A stretch of DNA of 64,000 bases from Macrostomum lignano (GCA_002269645.1 NIVC01000785.1:124001-188000); one strand, 5' to 3'; shown: positions 40,798 to 54,769, counted from the first letter of the stretch. The notes: generated by a model not told the origin, from the letters alone. Made by a program: numbers and translations.

Positions 40798-41388
40798 CCC
40801 GACCTAGGGACCTCACCAGACCCGGAGGATTACCCGCCCGACCTAGGGATTTCCCTCCCGACCAGGGGATTTCCCTCCCGACTTAGGGATTTACCTCACG
40901 GCCTAGGTATTTCCTTCCCGACCTGAGGATACCCCTCACGACCTAAGGATTTCCCTCACGACCTAGGGATTTTTCTCCCGACCAAGGGATTTCCTTCCCG
41001 ACTTAGGGATTTCCCTCACGACCTAGGGATTGCCCTCACGGCCTAGGGATTCCCTCACAACCTAGGGATTTCCCTCACGACCTAGGGATTTCCCTCACAG
41101 CCTAGGTATTTCCCTCCCGACATAAGAATTTCCCTCACGACCTAGGGATTTCCCTCACGACCTAGGGATTTCCCTCACGACCTAAGAATTTCCCTCACGA
41201 CCTAGGGATTTTCCTCCCGACCAAGGGATTTCCCTCACGACCTGAGGATATCCCTCACGACCTAGGGATTTCCCTCCCGACCTGAGGATATCCCTCACGA
41301 CCTAGGGATATCCCTCACGTACCTAAGGATTTCCCTCCTGATCTAAGAATCACCCTCTCGACCTAGGGATTTTTCTCCCAACCTGAGG
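40798..41388. repeat. 20-bp minisatellite
   Basis: Unit CCTAGGGATTTCCCTCACGA. Confidence 0.92.
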
Positions 41389-42864
41389 ACCGTGTATGGC
41401 TCTCCTATGTTTCAGTCAAAGCAAAAAGAGACACACGGGGAATTTGCGAATAATTTATTAATGGGCCCAGCAACAAATAGCTAAAATGGCAAATTCTAAA
41501 TAAAGCATACAGAAATTTATTTAGAAACTCAGTTTACAGATTAAGTAAAAATGATTTTCTCGGCAAAAAAAGCATGAATGCGCTCGTATACTACTTGGAC
41601 AAAACGCACAAAAAAGTAGTGAAATTAGCATTTTCGTTGGCAAAGAGACTCTCAGGGGGGAACCGAAATGGACGCTAAGAGAAATGACAGTAATTAAAAC
41701 ACTAACCAATAGCAAATATATATTCACTGTCAGATAATTTAAGACTCAGAGGGAGAGCAAGGAAATCTCAGGTAGGAAAAAGCATGGTTAGAAATTTGCA
41801 GTCACAGCAAGATATTGGCAAGACAAAATCTAAATAACAACATGAGCCTATATAATAGCCTGTATATAAATAGCATATATATAAAAATCAGAGACAAAAG
41901 GCCAGACTTAAGCAGCACAGAGGTGCTGCACAGCCTGGTTAACAAACAAAAGTACACCTAGATTCTATCAATTAGCTACAATTAATTTTATTTATAACCT
42001 GTTAAAAGTTTGAAAATACAATAGAAAACTTCGCACCAGAAAAATGCATCAGAGAAAGCAGGAAAACCTTTAAACGCGGATTTGAAATCGCATTACTAAT
42101 AGTAGTGGCAGATAGTAGAATACTAAACTTATATTGAAAATGAATGCCCATACCCAGGCTATGGCAAAGAATTGGCACAACATGCAGGTGATGCGAACTG
42201 AACGTGGTCGTTAACTTCTGCTTACTAAAATTACTCAATTTCTCAAACAATATTGCAATAAGGAAACTGTGGTGACTGCGTTTCGCTTTCTGTGCAGAGT
42301 GGGGGATGGGGGGGCTGTCTCTATCTCTCTCTCTCTCTCGGATTGTACTCGCGCATGTGCATACTCTGGAGCGCGAGCACGCCAGAGGTAGCGGCTGATT
42401 GGTCAGCCTAGTCAGGCTGGAAAATAAACTGGTATTTATTGAGAGAGCTAGGCTTGGCCAGCTCTAAGAAGTTTTTTCTCTCCACAAGCCACACAGACTT
42501 TGTTACAGAAACTTTTATAAGTATATCAGAAAAAGCAGACATTTACAGCTTGGGATACAAAAATTAACATTATTAATAGAGACAGACTTGACAGACTTCA
42601 CTGCCGACAACAAAGCGAAATAAACTCGCTGGCAAGTGCATGCGCGCTATCACATGTAGCTTGCAATGTACAGCGACCAGGACAAAGTTAAATTTATTTT
42701 AATTAGCCAAGAAGCAACTAAACTATTAATTAAGAAGAATACAACCAGAGCTCTTTGTACATGCATAACACAAATCTTTTTTTGAAGCAATCTTTACAGA
42801 ATTACAGAATTAAATAATAAAAAGATGCCGTTATATCGGTTTAAAGAGGCCGCTTTACCGGCCA

Positions 42865-43600
42865 ATTGTTGGCGATTCTAAGAAAGCTTTAGTCATTGGC
42901 GATTCTAAGAAAGTTTTCCAATTATTGGCGATTCTAAGAAAGCTTTTCCAATTGGCGATTCTAAGAAAGTTTTTCCTATTGGCGATTCTAAGAAAGCCTT
43001 TCCTATTGACGATTCTAAGAAAGCCTTTCTTATTGGCGATTCTAAGAAAGCTTTTCTTATTGGCGATTCTAAGAAATCTTTAGTCATTGGCGATTCTAAG
43101 AAATCTTTAGTCATTGGCGATTCTAAGAAAGCTTTAGTCATTGGCGATTCTAAGAAAGCTTTTGAATTATTGGCGATTCTAAGAAATCTTTAGTCATTGG
43201 CGATTCTAAGAAAGCTTTAGTCATTGGCGATTCTAAGAAAGCTTTAGTCATTGGCGATTCTAAGAAAGCTTTTCCTATTGACGATTCTAATATTTTCCTA
43301 TTGGCGATTCTAAGAAAGCTTTTCCTATTGACGATTCTAAGAAAGCTTTTCCTATTGGCGATTCTAAGAAATCTTTAGTCATTGGTGATTCTAAGAAATC
43401 TTTAGTCATTGGCGATTCTAAGAAATCTTTAGTCATTGGCGATTCTGAGAAAGCTTTAGTCATTGGCGATTCTAAGAAAGTTTTTGAATTATTGGCGATT
43501 CTAAGAAAGCTTATCTCATTAGCGATTCTAAGAAAGTTTTTATCATTGGCAATTCTAAGAAATTTTAATCCTCATTGGCGATTCCAAAAGTCTCTCATTG
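42865..43600. repeat. 27-28 bp minisatellite
   Basis: Unit TTGGCGATTCTAAGAAAGCTTTAGTCA and variants, directly downstream of the nuclear receptor stop codon. Confidence 0.92.
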
Positions 43601-43617
43601 GCAACTCTAGGTTGGGC

Positions 43618-43994
43618 TCAACCCCTGAACACCTCTTTGTAGACGCCGGCGCCGAACTGCTGCATTTGGCCGGCGTTGTCGGGCCGCGCGCCAACCGGAT
43701 TGTACGGCGCTGCAAAGTCCGGGAACCCGTCGACTCCGACGCCGGCAGCGCCGGGGGCAGTGGCGAGAGAAGCACCAGGCATCGACGAGGTGTTGAGCTT
43801 CTCGATGACGCTTTCGATCATGGCGGCGTTCTGCTTGTGGAGGCCGTCCACACTGAGCAGGCTGGGGAACACGGCCGAAAGCTCCAGAAGCCGCTTGGTG
43901 GCTGGGTACGATTGGGGTGCGGTTGAGGGGATACATGTGTGAGATTTGACACTGATAGAGACTGAGACTGAGGCAGACAGAAAGACAGACAGGC

Positions 43995-44059
<65 letters not shown>

Positions 44060-44062
44060 GGG

Positions 44063-44119
<57 letters not shown>

Positions 44120-44164
44120 GGTAGACAGACAGACACAGACAGACAGACAGACAGACAGACAGGC

Positions 44165-44253
<89 letters not shown>

Positions 44254-44264
44254 GGTAGACAGAC

Positions 44265-44323
<59 letters not shown>

Positions 44324-44374
44324 GGCAGACAGACAGAAAGACAGACAGGCAGACAGACAGACAGACAGACAGGC

Positions 44375-44423
<49 letters not shown>

Positions 44424-44446
44424 GGTAGACAGACAGACAGACAGAC

Positions 44447-44495
<49 letters not shown>

Positions 44496-44520
44496 GGTAG
44501 ACAGACAGACACAGACAGAC

Positions 44521-44552
<32 letters not shown>

Positions 44553-47500
44553 GCAGACAGACAGAAAGACAGACAGGCAGACAGACAGGCAGACAGACAG
44601 AAAGACAGACAGGCAGACACTAACCGGCCAGCCTGACGGTGAGGTTCAGCCAGGGATCTGAGGCCAGCATGTCGGCAGTCCAGCCACGCATGGCGATGTC
44701 CTTAGAGCGCAGGTAAATCCAGAACAGGCCAATCACGGCAGAGTGAACGCTGATCACCGAGCTGAGATCATGGAACAGGTCCTCCGGGTACTGGATCCCG
44801 ATATCTGGGGAAAAGCGAAATGGAAAAGGCGGAGTCTGCTAGACGCGTGAAACTGACATGAAGGCTTTGGAAATTTCCTTAAAAAATTCCTACCCTCTCT
44901 AGGGAGGAAAACTCCCCGCGACCTTGGAAACACGCAATGGGGCCAGCCAGGCAGCGGAAATCAAGCAGGTGGATATGGCCCGCATAATTTGCTTTCACGT
45001 GGAAATATGCTGCTGGATTAATTTTAATTAACACTAACTGAAATGCATTGGCTACGCTAGGGATATGGAATACTTAGAAGAATCCGAGCACTTGATGGAT
45101 TCTCAAGCGACTATCAGGGCGATTCTTAAGCGACAATCAGGGCGATTCTCAAGCGACTATCAGGGCGATTCTTAAGCGACAATCAGGGCGATTCTTAAGC
45201 GACAATCAGGGCGATTCTTAAGCGATAGTCAGGGCGATTCTCAAGCGACTATCAGGGCGATTCTCAAGCGACAATCAGGGCGATTCTCAAGCGACAATCA
45301 GGGCGATTCTCAAGCGACAATCAGGGCGATTCTCAAGCGACTATCAGGGCGATTCTCAAGCGATAGTCAGGGCGATTCTCAAGCGACAATCAGGGCGATT
45401 CTCAAGCGATAGTCAGGGCGATTCTCAAGCGACAATCAGGGCGATTCTCAAGCGACAATCAGGGCGATTCTCAAGCGATAAACTAGGCGATTCTCAAGCG
45501 ACAATCAGGGCGATTCTCAAGCGACAATCAGGGCGATTCTCAAGCGACAATCAGGGCGATTCTCAAGCGATAGTCAGGGCGATTCTCAAGCGACAATCAG
45601 GGCGATTCTCAAGCGATAGTCAGGGCGATTCTCAAGCGACAATCAGGGCGATTCTCAAGCGACAATCAGGGCGATTCTCAAGCGATAAACTAGGCGATTC
45701 TCAAGCGATAAAAATGTCAATAGGCAATTCTAAACAAGAGACCAAAACCGCCTCAAAGAAACTTCTGAAAGCCAAAACCGCTCTACTTACAAGGCGAAGT
45801 CAGGCAGAAGGCGGACAGGAAGGCCATCTCGTTCTCCTCTATACGAAGTGAGTCCCACTTGCGTGAGACGTCAAAGAATTTGAGAAACAGCTGCGACAGC
45901 ATCGGATGTCCAGCCGACTGCAGAAAGCGCCTGAAGATTAAGCGGAATTGTGAGATTAAGAGGATGAACTAAAGGTTACTAGATATGCGATATGAAAATG
46001 AAATGACTGCAGGAGGGCTGTCCCACAGCCAACGCTGACGGCAATTCTGCCCATTCCGGTGACTCACTACTGAGCACATACAAGCGCTGCACTGCACTCA
46101 TACACACTGATCACGCAGGGTGTACAGCGGGCTCTGACTTTCAAATCGTCGGGCAAATTGATTTGAGCAATATTTTTAATATTTAATCTTTGGTTTAAAA
46201 ATATGCAGTAACTGATTTAGACTGCTTACTGACTGATTCAAACTACTCAGGCACTGACTCAAACTACTCAGGCACTGACTCAAACTACTCAGGCACTGAC
46301 TCAAACTACTCAGGCACTGACTCAAACTACTCAGGCACTGACTCAAACTACTCAGGCACTGACTCAAACTACTCAGGCACTGACTCAAACTACTCAGGCA
46401 CTGATTCAAACTACTCAGTCATTGACTCAAACTACTCAGGCACTGACTCAAACTACTCAGTCATTGACTCAAACTACTCAGGCACTGATTCAAACTACTC
46501 AGGCACTGACTCAAACTACTCTGGCACTGACTCAAACTACTCAGGCACTGACTCAAACTACTCAGGCACTGACTCAAACTACTCAGGCACTGATTCAAAC
46601 TACCCAGGCACTGACTCAAACTACTCAGGCACTGACTCAAACTACTCAGGCACTGACTCAAACTACTCAGGCACTGACTCAAACTACTCAGGCACTGACT
46701 CAAACTACTCAGGCACTGATTCAAACTACTCAGTCATTGACTCAAACTACTCAGGCACTGACTCAAACTACTCAGTCATTGACTCAAACTACTCAGGCAC
46801 TGATTCAAACTACTCAGGCACTGACTCAAACTACTCTGGCACTGACTCAAACTACTCAGGCACTGACTCAAACTACTCAGGCACTGACTCAAACTACTCA
46901 GGCACTGATTCAAACTACCCAGGCACTGACTCAAACTACTCAGGCACTGACTCAAACTACTCAGGCACTGACTCAAACTACTCAGGCACTGATTCAAACT
47001 ACTCAGTCATTGACTCAAACTACTCAGGCACTGACTCAAACTACTCAGGCACTGATTTAAACTACTCAGGCACTGACTCACACTACTCAGGCACTGACTC
47101 AAACTACTCAGTCACTGACTCAAACTATTCAGTCATTGACTCAAACTACTCAGGCACTGACTCAAACTACTCAGTCACTGACTCAAACTACTCAGTCATT
47201 GACTCAAACTACTCAGTCATTGACTCAAACTACTCAGTCATTGACTCAAACTACTCAGTCATTGACTCAAACTACTCAGTCACTGACTCAGACTGCTCAG
47301 TAGCTGACTCAAACTACTCAGTCATTGACTCAAACTACTCAGTCACTGACTCAGACTGCTCAGTAGCTGACTCAAACTACTCAGTCACTTATCTTAACTA
47401 CTCAGTCATTGACTCAAACTACTCAGTCATTGACTCAAACTACTCAGTCATTGACTCAAACTACTCAGGCACTAACTCAAACTACTCAGTCATTGACTCA

Positions 47501-50500
47501 AACTACTCAGTCATTGACTCAAACTACTCAGTCATTGACTCAAACTACTCAGTCACTGACTCAGACTGCTCAGTAGCTGACTCAAACTACTCAGTCATTG
47601 ACTCAAACTACTCAGTCACTGACTCAGACTGCTCAGTAGCTGACTCAAACTACTCAGTCACTGACTCAAACTACTCAGTCACTGACTCAGACAGCTGAGT
47701 CTCAAGCAACACAAGCATCCAAATGCAAAAACTCCTACCTGGTCAGCCGAAACCTCATAGTCGGATCAATGATAAAGTCCTGTTGACTCTGTACCAGAGA
47801 GGCACAAAACCGCATACCAACCAACTTGAAGCTGTGTTGAACAATCAGACGCTTCTTGTCCGAGTCGGTGAGCGCGTCCGAGCAGCTGGACACGGACACT
47901 CTGTCCCGATGAGTTTCGAAGTGCTGCTGCTGCTGCGGCGCCGGCTCCGGCATCGATTGCGACGATGTGCCGCCGAAAATGTTGCGACTAAAGGCCACGA
48001 TTCGAAGCATGAGCTGGGGAATGTAATCCACTAGGGTGTGCAAGACTTCGCCTTCGTCCGCTGGGCTGGGCTCTTGTAGCTGAAAATAGCGACAGGGACC
48101 AGAGGTTGCGGAAAGCTAACAGGTCTAACAGGTTACGTCTGTCTAACATGCAAGACCTGTGTCTAACATGCAAGACCTGTGTCTAACATGCAAGACCTGT
48201 GTCTAACATGCAAGACCTGTGTCTAACATGCAAGACCTGTGTCTAACATGCAAGACCTGTGTCTAACATGCAAGACCTGTGTCTAACAAGCAAGACCTGT
48301 GTCTAACATGCAAGACCTGTGTCTAACAAGCAAGACCTGCGTCTAACATGCATGACCTGTGTCTAACATATAAGAACTGTGTCTAACATGTAACACCTAC
48401 GTCTAACATGTAACACCTACGTCTAACATGTAACACCTACGTCTAACATTTAAAACCTGTGTCTAACATGCAAGACCTGTGTCTAACACCCAAGAGATGT
48501 ATCTAACATGCAAGTCTTCTTCTGAGTGAGCATATAAGCACAATGCGGTGTGTATTTCTATGGCCAAGGATATGCGAACAAATGCATGCTGCTTACAGCA
48601 GAAAGCACTTTTAAAAATCGGACTTTCGTGACATGAAAGCTAAAATAAGCCGCTAACTTTTAGGGCATATGATTTTTTAAACACACATTAATACTTGTGA
48701 AAGCAAGCAAAAGTGACACTACTTCTGGGACACCCCTCGTACTTTTAAGAAGAAAATTATCACTGACGACTACAAAATAAGAGACTGCGCAGCTAAGGGG
48801 CCTGACTCAATTAGACAACTCTGAGGCGGAAAATCCACGTCTCCGTAATTTAAATCTCAAAAAACCATTCTCAAAGGCTTGAAGAATCTAAGACGCTATC
48901 AATTTGCAGGCATCTCTGTTGCAGGCAAATCTGTTTCCGAAAACGAAGTGAGAGCGTTCGTGACTCTCCAGTGACACAGCCGCTTTTCTGTCAGAAAATT
49001 CGAACCCTAATCTTCTTCGACAGCCGAATAAATACGCGATGCAGTAATCCAGCGGTTTGGATTATCCCAATCAAACTGATTAAATATCATAAAGAGAGCA
49101 ACAGACTCAAACAAAACGGGAAAATAATCATTTCAGCTTAGGGCTAAAAAAATCTAGCGAATGCTTTCCAGGTTGCGAGTTTGAAGCTCTCTTCTGCTTT
49201 GCAACATAGCAACCACTCACCTCAACTAATTCAATAGGACGGACGTACCTGTGTTAAGCCTAATCCATCAGTCACACTAAGCCTAATTCATTAGTCACAC
49301 TAAGCCTAATCCATCAGTCACACTAAGCCTAATTCATTAGTCACACTAAGCCTAATCCATCAGTCACACTAAGCCTAATCCATCAGTCACACTAAGCCTA
49401 ATCCATCAGTCACACTAAGCCTAATCCATCAGTCACACTAAGCCTAATTCATCAGTCACACTAAGTCAACAATTACTGTTCTCACCTGCGCCAGTCTGTC
49501 GTTCATAAATTGTCGCATGCGATTCTGAGAAAAGTAGAACGTCTGCCGATGACCCTCCAGAATGAGGCGGGTGTTCTCGGCGATGACGTCACCGCAGGCG
49601 GGATTGCCAGCGAATTGACTATTCAAATCGGCTTCCCAATAGCCCACAAATTTGTCTATGGCCGTCAAGATGAGATGCGACACTGAGTTATTAAACGATA
49701 AGGTGTTGTGCAGATCTTCCAGCTCAGCGGCTCGCTGAGGACCGGCCAGACGACGGCAGATCATTGCCAGCGGGGTGGCCATCAGGCAGGACTTCTCTAG
49801 CCAAACCTTCTTTGGCGCTCTGGCTGTGTCCGGCGTTGCAACGGCCGGAGCTGAAGCCGGCGAACCGGCGACGCTCCGGTTGGCGCCAGGAATCGGAATG
49901 GCGCCAGAGCACGAGGCTGTCGGCGAATTACTCGAAGATGCGGCATCGGGCATCGATGATCGCCAACCGGTGCCTTGGCGGCTTATCAATTTGAGGCACT
50001 TCACCGAAGCGGGCGTCTGCTGCCAATGCGGAGGCGTGGGAGGCGTCACCGGTTCAGGCGGCGACGGGTAGGTGAGCGGGCCGACGCCGCCACTGCCGGC
50101 TCCCTGCTGCATGAGCTGCGAAGCCACCTGCCGACCGGAGAGCCGGCCTTCCAGCAGGCTTGGGGGCGGTGGCGGCTGCTGCTGCTGCTGCTTCTGCTGC
50201 TGTTGCGTTTTTACAACTGGCTCCTTGCGAAAGCAGGATCGTCTGCTGACCTGAGATTCGAATTCGCGTCGTTTCTGATCAATATAGTCCAGAAGGTGCT
50301 GGTCAGTGATGCCGGACAGTTGGGTGGCAGCGCTCTGGCAGCCCGGCAGCATGATCTGATCGTCTGATGGAGCGACGACAGCAGCTGCTCCGGCGGACGA
50401 GGCGCCTCTTAATCGAAGCTTAGCCCGCCTGCCCAGCTTGGACCGCTGGCGGCCCATGTTGACGGCGCAGCACTTCTTCAGGCGGCACCACTGGCATGTG

Positions 50501-53445
50501 TTGCGCGTCTGCGGCGTCATCTCCAGTGGGACAGAGTGGGCGCAGGCGCCGCCGATGTTGCGGCTGGAGACGATGCGGCGGAAGAAACCCTGCAGGGGTG
50601 CCAGATTGGAGTGCCAGATACCAGATTGGACTGCCAAACTGGAGTGCCAGACTGGAGTGCCAGATGATTGGAGTGCCAGATGATTGGAGTGCCAGATGAT
50701 TGGAGTGCCAGATACAAGATTGAAGTGCCAAACTTGAGTACCATATTCGAGGTGGGAAATGGTGTGGGTGTGGATAGATGGAGTGGGACTGGGATAGATG
50801 GGGTGGGACTGGGATAGATGGAGTAGGACTTGGATAGATGAAGTGGGACTGGGATAGATGGAGTGGGACTGGGATAGATGGGGTGGGACTAGGATAGATG
50901 GGGTGGGACTAGGATAGATGGGGTGGGACTAGGATAGATGGGGTGGGACTAGGATAGATAGGGTGGGACTTGGATAGATGGGGTGGGACTTGGATAGATG
51001 GGGTGGGACTAGGATAGATAGGGTGGGACTTGGATAGATGGGGTGGGACTTGGATAGATGGGGTGGGACTTGGATAGATGGGGTGGGACTAGGATAGATG
51101 GGGTGGGACTAGGATAGATAGGGTGGGACTTGGATAGATGGGGTGGGACTTGGATAGATGGGGTGGGACTTGGATAGATGGGGTGGGACTAGGATAGATA
51201 GGGTGGGACTTGGATAGATGGGGTGGGACTTGGATAGATGGGGTGGGACTTGGATAGATGGGGTGGGACTAGGATAGATAGGGTGGGACTTGGATAGATG
51301 GGGTGGGACTTGGATAGATGGGGTGGGACTTGGATAGATGGGGTGGGACTTGGATAGATGGGGTGGGACTAGGATAGATGGGGTGGGACTAGGATAGATG
51401 GGGTGGGACTAGGATAGATAGGGTGGGACTAGGATAGATGGGGTGGGACTAGGATAGATGGGGTGGGACTAGGATAGATGGGGTGGGACTAGGATAGATG
51501 GGGTGGGACTAGGATAGATAGGGTGGGACTTGGATAGATGAAGTGGGACTAAGATAGATGGGGTGGGACTAGGATAGATGGGGTGGGACTTGGATAGATG
51601 GGGTGGGACTAGGATAGATGGGGTGGGACTAGGATAGATGGGGTGGGACTAGGATAGATGGGGTGGGACTAGGATAGATAGGGTGGGACTTGGATAGATG
51701 AAGTGGGACTAGGATAGATGGGGTGGGACTAGGATAGATGGGGTGGGACTTGGATAGATGGGGTGGGACTAGGATAGATGGGGTGGGACTAGGATAGATG
51801 GGGTGGGACTAGGATAGATGGGGTGGGACTAGGATAGATGGGGTGGGACTAGGATAGATGGGGTGGGACTAGGATAGATGGGGTGGGACTTGGATAGATG
51901 GGGTGGGACTAGGATAGATGAGTGAAACCAGATGATTTCATAGAGATAGAGAAACTCATCTACAAGCCCCTACAATCGCATTTATGGACCCTCGTAAGCA
52001 GTCAGAGAACATCAGATAGACGATGAAAATTCAGCCATCGTGATGAAGCAGAGAAACTGAGAGTGGTGCAGCTGCATAACCGAACAGCTTAGCCGAGTTA
52101 ATTTTGTGCCCTACAGGTGCGGGCCAACTCCCTACACGATGGCATCTGCCTCCCAAAGAGCTCCCCATGGCAGCGCTATGCCCGCTAATTGAATAGGCGC
52201 TTTGGGAATCAATAAATTTGCTGAAATACAGGAACCTTTCATTCATAATTGTTAATTGACGCTCTAAATTAATACGGGCACATTTAAAAGGTTTTAAGGC
52301 TTTTATTGTCTTTGTTTATTATTTTCAACAGACAAATGTTGCTGGTAGCAATACGCAGCTTTGCTTTATCAAAGAATCGTTCCACAGCAGCTGCTCTGGG
52401 TATTGAGTATGCAGGCTAAAAATACCCGAGTAGTCTTTCTCAAAGCCCAAGTAGTCACTCTCAATGCCCGAGTAGTCACTCTCAATGCCCGAGTAGTCAC
52501 TCTCAATGCCCGAGTAGTCACTCTCAATACCCGAGTAGTCACTCTCAATGCCCGAGTAGTCACTCTCAATACCCGAGTAGTCACTCTCAACACCCAAGTA
52601 GTCACTCTCAATACCCGAGTAGTCACTCTCAATACCGGAGTAGACACTCTCAATTCCCGAGTAGTCACTCTCAATATCCAAGTGGACACTCGCAATATCC
52701 AAGTGGACACTCTCAATATCCAAATAGTCACTCTCAATACCCAAGTAGTCACTCTCAATACCCAAGTAGTCACACTCAACACTTAAGTAGTCACTCTCAA
52801 TACCCGAGTAGACACTCTCAATACCCAAGTAGTCACTCTCAATACCCAAGTCTCAATATCCAAGTGGACACTCGCAATATCCAAGTGGACACTCTCAATA
52901 TCCAAGTGGACACTCTCGATACCCAAATAGTCACTCTCAATACCCAAGTAGTCACACTCAATACCCAAGTAGTCACTCTCAATACCCGAGTAGACACTCT
53001 CAATACCCAAGTAGTTACTCTCAATACCCAAGTAGTCACTCTCAATACCCGAGTAGTCACTCTCAATACCCAAGTAGTCACTCTCAATACCCGAGTAGTC
53101 ACTCTCAATACCCGAGTAGACACTCTCAATACCCAAGTAGTCACTCTCAATACCCGAGTAGTCACTACAAGGACAAGACTTCAGTGACAATAGTCTCACC
53201 TTGCAGCCTTCGCAGGCGGGCACACCGTAATGAACGCCGCTGGCAGCGTCCTGACAGACTGCACACCGACTTAGCGCAGTGGACAGGCTGTCGCTGCCGC
53301 CCTCTTGGAGACCCTCAACGCCGCGCTTGTCATCGACATAGTCATCAACAGTGGTCAAGTCGTCATAGTTATCCTCATCGTCAAGCTCGCACACTTCCGA
53401 TTGATCTGAGTGCAACTGCTGTTGTTTGTGCCTTTTGAGACTCAT
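43618..53445 (-). CDS. Nuclear hormone receptor, NR1 subfamily, most like ROR/HR3 (NR1F), ~764 aa
   Basis: Exons 53445-53200, 50589-49486, 48079-47739, 45930-45791, 44804-44625, 43901-43618; GT-AG and phase-consistent (2295 nt). DBD CAVCQDAASGVHYGVPACEGCK|GFFRR...CQWCRLKKC, then KLGR. LBD: RIVAFSRNI (H3), LTDSDKKRLI, IEENEMAFLSAFCL (H8), AF-2-like VYKEVF (ROR LYKELF). Confidence 0.92.
43973..44619. repeat. (CAGA)n microsatellite filling NR intron 5
   Basis: Directly visible; source of the spurious 160-337 aa ORFs. Confidence 0.97.
45105..45712. repeat. 23-bp minisatellite in NR intron 4
   Basis: Unit GCGATTCTCAAGCGACAATCAGG. Confidence 0.95.
46225..47695. repeat. 21-bp minisatellite in NR intron 3
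   Basis: Unit ACTCAAACTACTCAGGCACTG / ...GTCATTG, ~70 copies. Confidence 0.96.
48137..48510. repeat. 20-bp minisatellite in NR intron 2
   Basis: Unit GTCTAACATGCAAGACCTGT. Confidence 0.94.
49255..49465. repeat. 23-bp minisatellite in NR intron 2
   Basis: Unit AAGCCTAATCCATCAGTCACACT. Confidence 0.93.
50598..50745. repeat. ~16-bp repeat abutting the NR exon 2 acceptor
   Basis: Unit GATTGGAGTGCCAGAT. Confidence 0.85.
50772..51920. repeat. 20-bp G-rich minisatellite in NR intron 1
   Basis: Unit GGATAGATGGGGTGGGACT(A/T), ~57 copies. Confidence 0.96.
52425..53165. repeat. 21-bp minisatellite in NR intron 1
   Basis: Unit TAGTCACTCTCAATACCCGAG; inflates the 52783-53445 ORF with GIESDY repeats that are intronic. 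Confidence 0.94.
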
Positions 53446-53792
53446 TAACGTACTGGAATAGTGCAGTGAATAGATGATTTAGTTGACGACGTTAATACCG
53501 CGGCACGAGAAACTTCGTTTCTTACAAAACCTTTGAAGGCCGGCTTTACAATAATAGCAATAACTAGCAATCTACGCCCCCCGTTGGGGAGCCAAAGAAA
53601 TGCAATACATATTTTTTTAATAAGCTACATGTATCCTTGAAATCTTAAAAAATCTCCTGTCAAACCTTGTAACCCTTGACATGTCAGTAATTCCCCCCCC
53701 CCTACAAGCTTTAACATATCAACTTCCCCCCCCTTGACATCTCAGCAATGCCCCCAATAAGCCTTGGAAATCTAAAAATATCTGTCAACCTT

Positions 53793-53862
53793 CTAACCCT
53801 AACCCTAGCCTAACCCCTAACCCTAACCCTAACCCTAACCCTAACCCTAACCCTAACCCTAA
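53793..53862 (-). repeat. Interstitial telomeric repeat (CCCTAA)n
   Basis: Directly visible, with a few variant units. Confidence 0.95.
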
Positions 53863-54769
53863 AGCATTGAAATTTCAGTAATTCTCTCTAAGAGTCATTA
53901 TAGCACTACTACAGCATTATAGCGATTCCCTGCAAGCCTCGACATCGTAGGGATTCCCAAATGAATCTCTTAACTTCGACATGAAGCTTCTTTTATTTTT
54001 TACATTACGCTTTTTTAATCAGCGATCCCTCCCCTGAGGAGGCATCAAATAATGTAATAAAAAGTTTTCAATAAACTACGTGTAGCTTCTGACTTTAGCC
54101 TTGAAATCTCATTTATACCCCCGTGAGCCTTGACATCTCAGCTATTCCCCCCGTAAGCCTTGACATGTCAGCGATGGCGCCCATAAACCTTGAAATCTGA
54201 AAAATCCCCTGCTAACCTTGAAACCTGATAAAATGTAACCCTCAACCCACACCTGACCTAAACCTAACTTTAACCCAACATAAAGCCTTGAAATCTCAGC
54301 AATTCTTCTCCCGTAAGCCTTGACATTTTAGTGATTCCTTCTTTAAGAATCACAGCACTATAACGATTTCCACCTAGCTTTGACATCGTAGCAATTCCCA
54401 AATGAATCTTTTAACTTCGACATGACTTTTCTTTTATGTATACATAGTGCTACTTTTATTTTTTACATGACTCTTCTTCTATCAGTGCCCCCCCCCCGTG
54501 GCGAGCCAACAAAGAATGCAATAAAAAAATTGAGTAAAGTACATGAACTTTGAAGTAGCTTCTGACTTTTGCTTTGACATCTCAGAACCCCCCCCGTAAT
54601 CTCAGTTATTCTCTGAGAGCCTTGACGTCTCAGTAATTCTCCCCAGCACAGCATTATAGCTGGATTTAATTTTTCCATGACACCCTTCATGTCTGACATG
54701 ACGCTTCTTTTCTTCTACCATGATGCTTCTTAATTTTTTAAATGACACTTTCATTAGTTTTCAAATGAC

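Noticed and set aside
40636-43617. Nuclear receptor and PanK-like gene as one operon or fusion
   Set aside because: They are 3 kb apart, the receptor has a proper stop after AF-2, and a GC/CCAAT-containing promoter-like patch at ~42350-42420 suggests an independent start.
43607-47060. Long ORFs in the track (VCLS/TDRQ, TQTTQAL, QCLSSLS; likewise 30091-30696, 31236-31816, 52325-53187, 57662-58534)
   Set aside because: They are translations of micro/minisatellites or CT-rich DNA, mostly inside introns of reconstructed genes.
49221-49248. 28-nt AG...GTGAGT candidate micro-exon in the nuclear receptor
   Set aside because: It has two stops in the required phase; exon 2 splices cleanly to the acceptor at 48080 without it.
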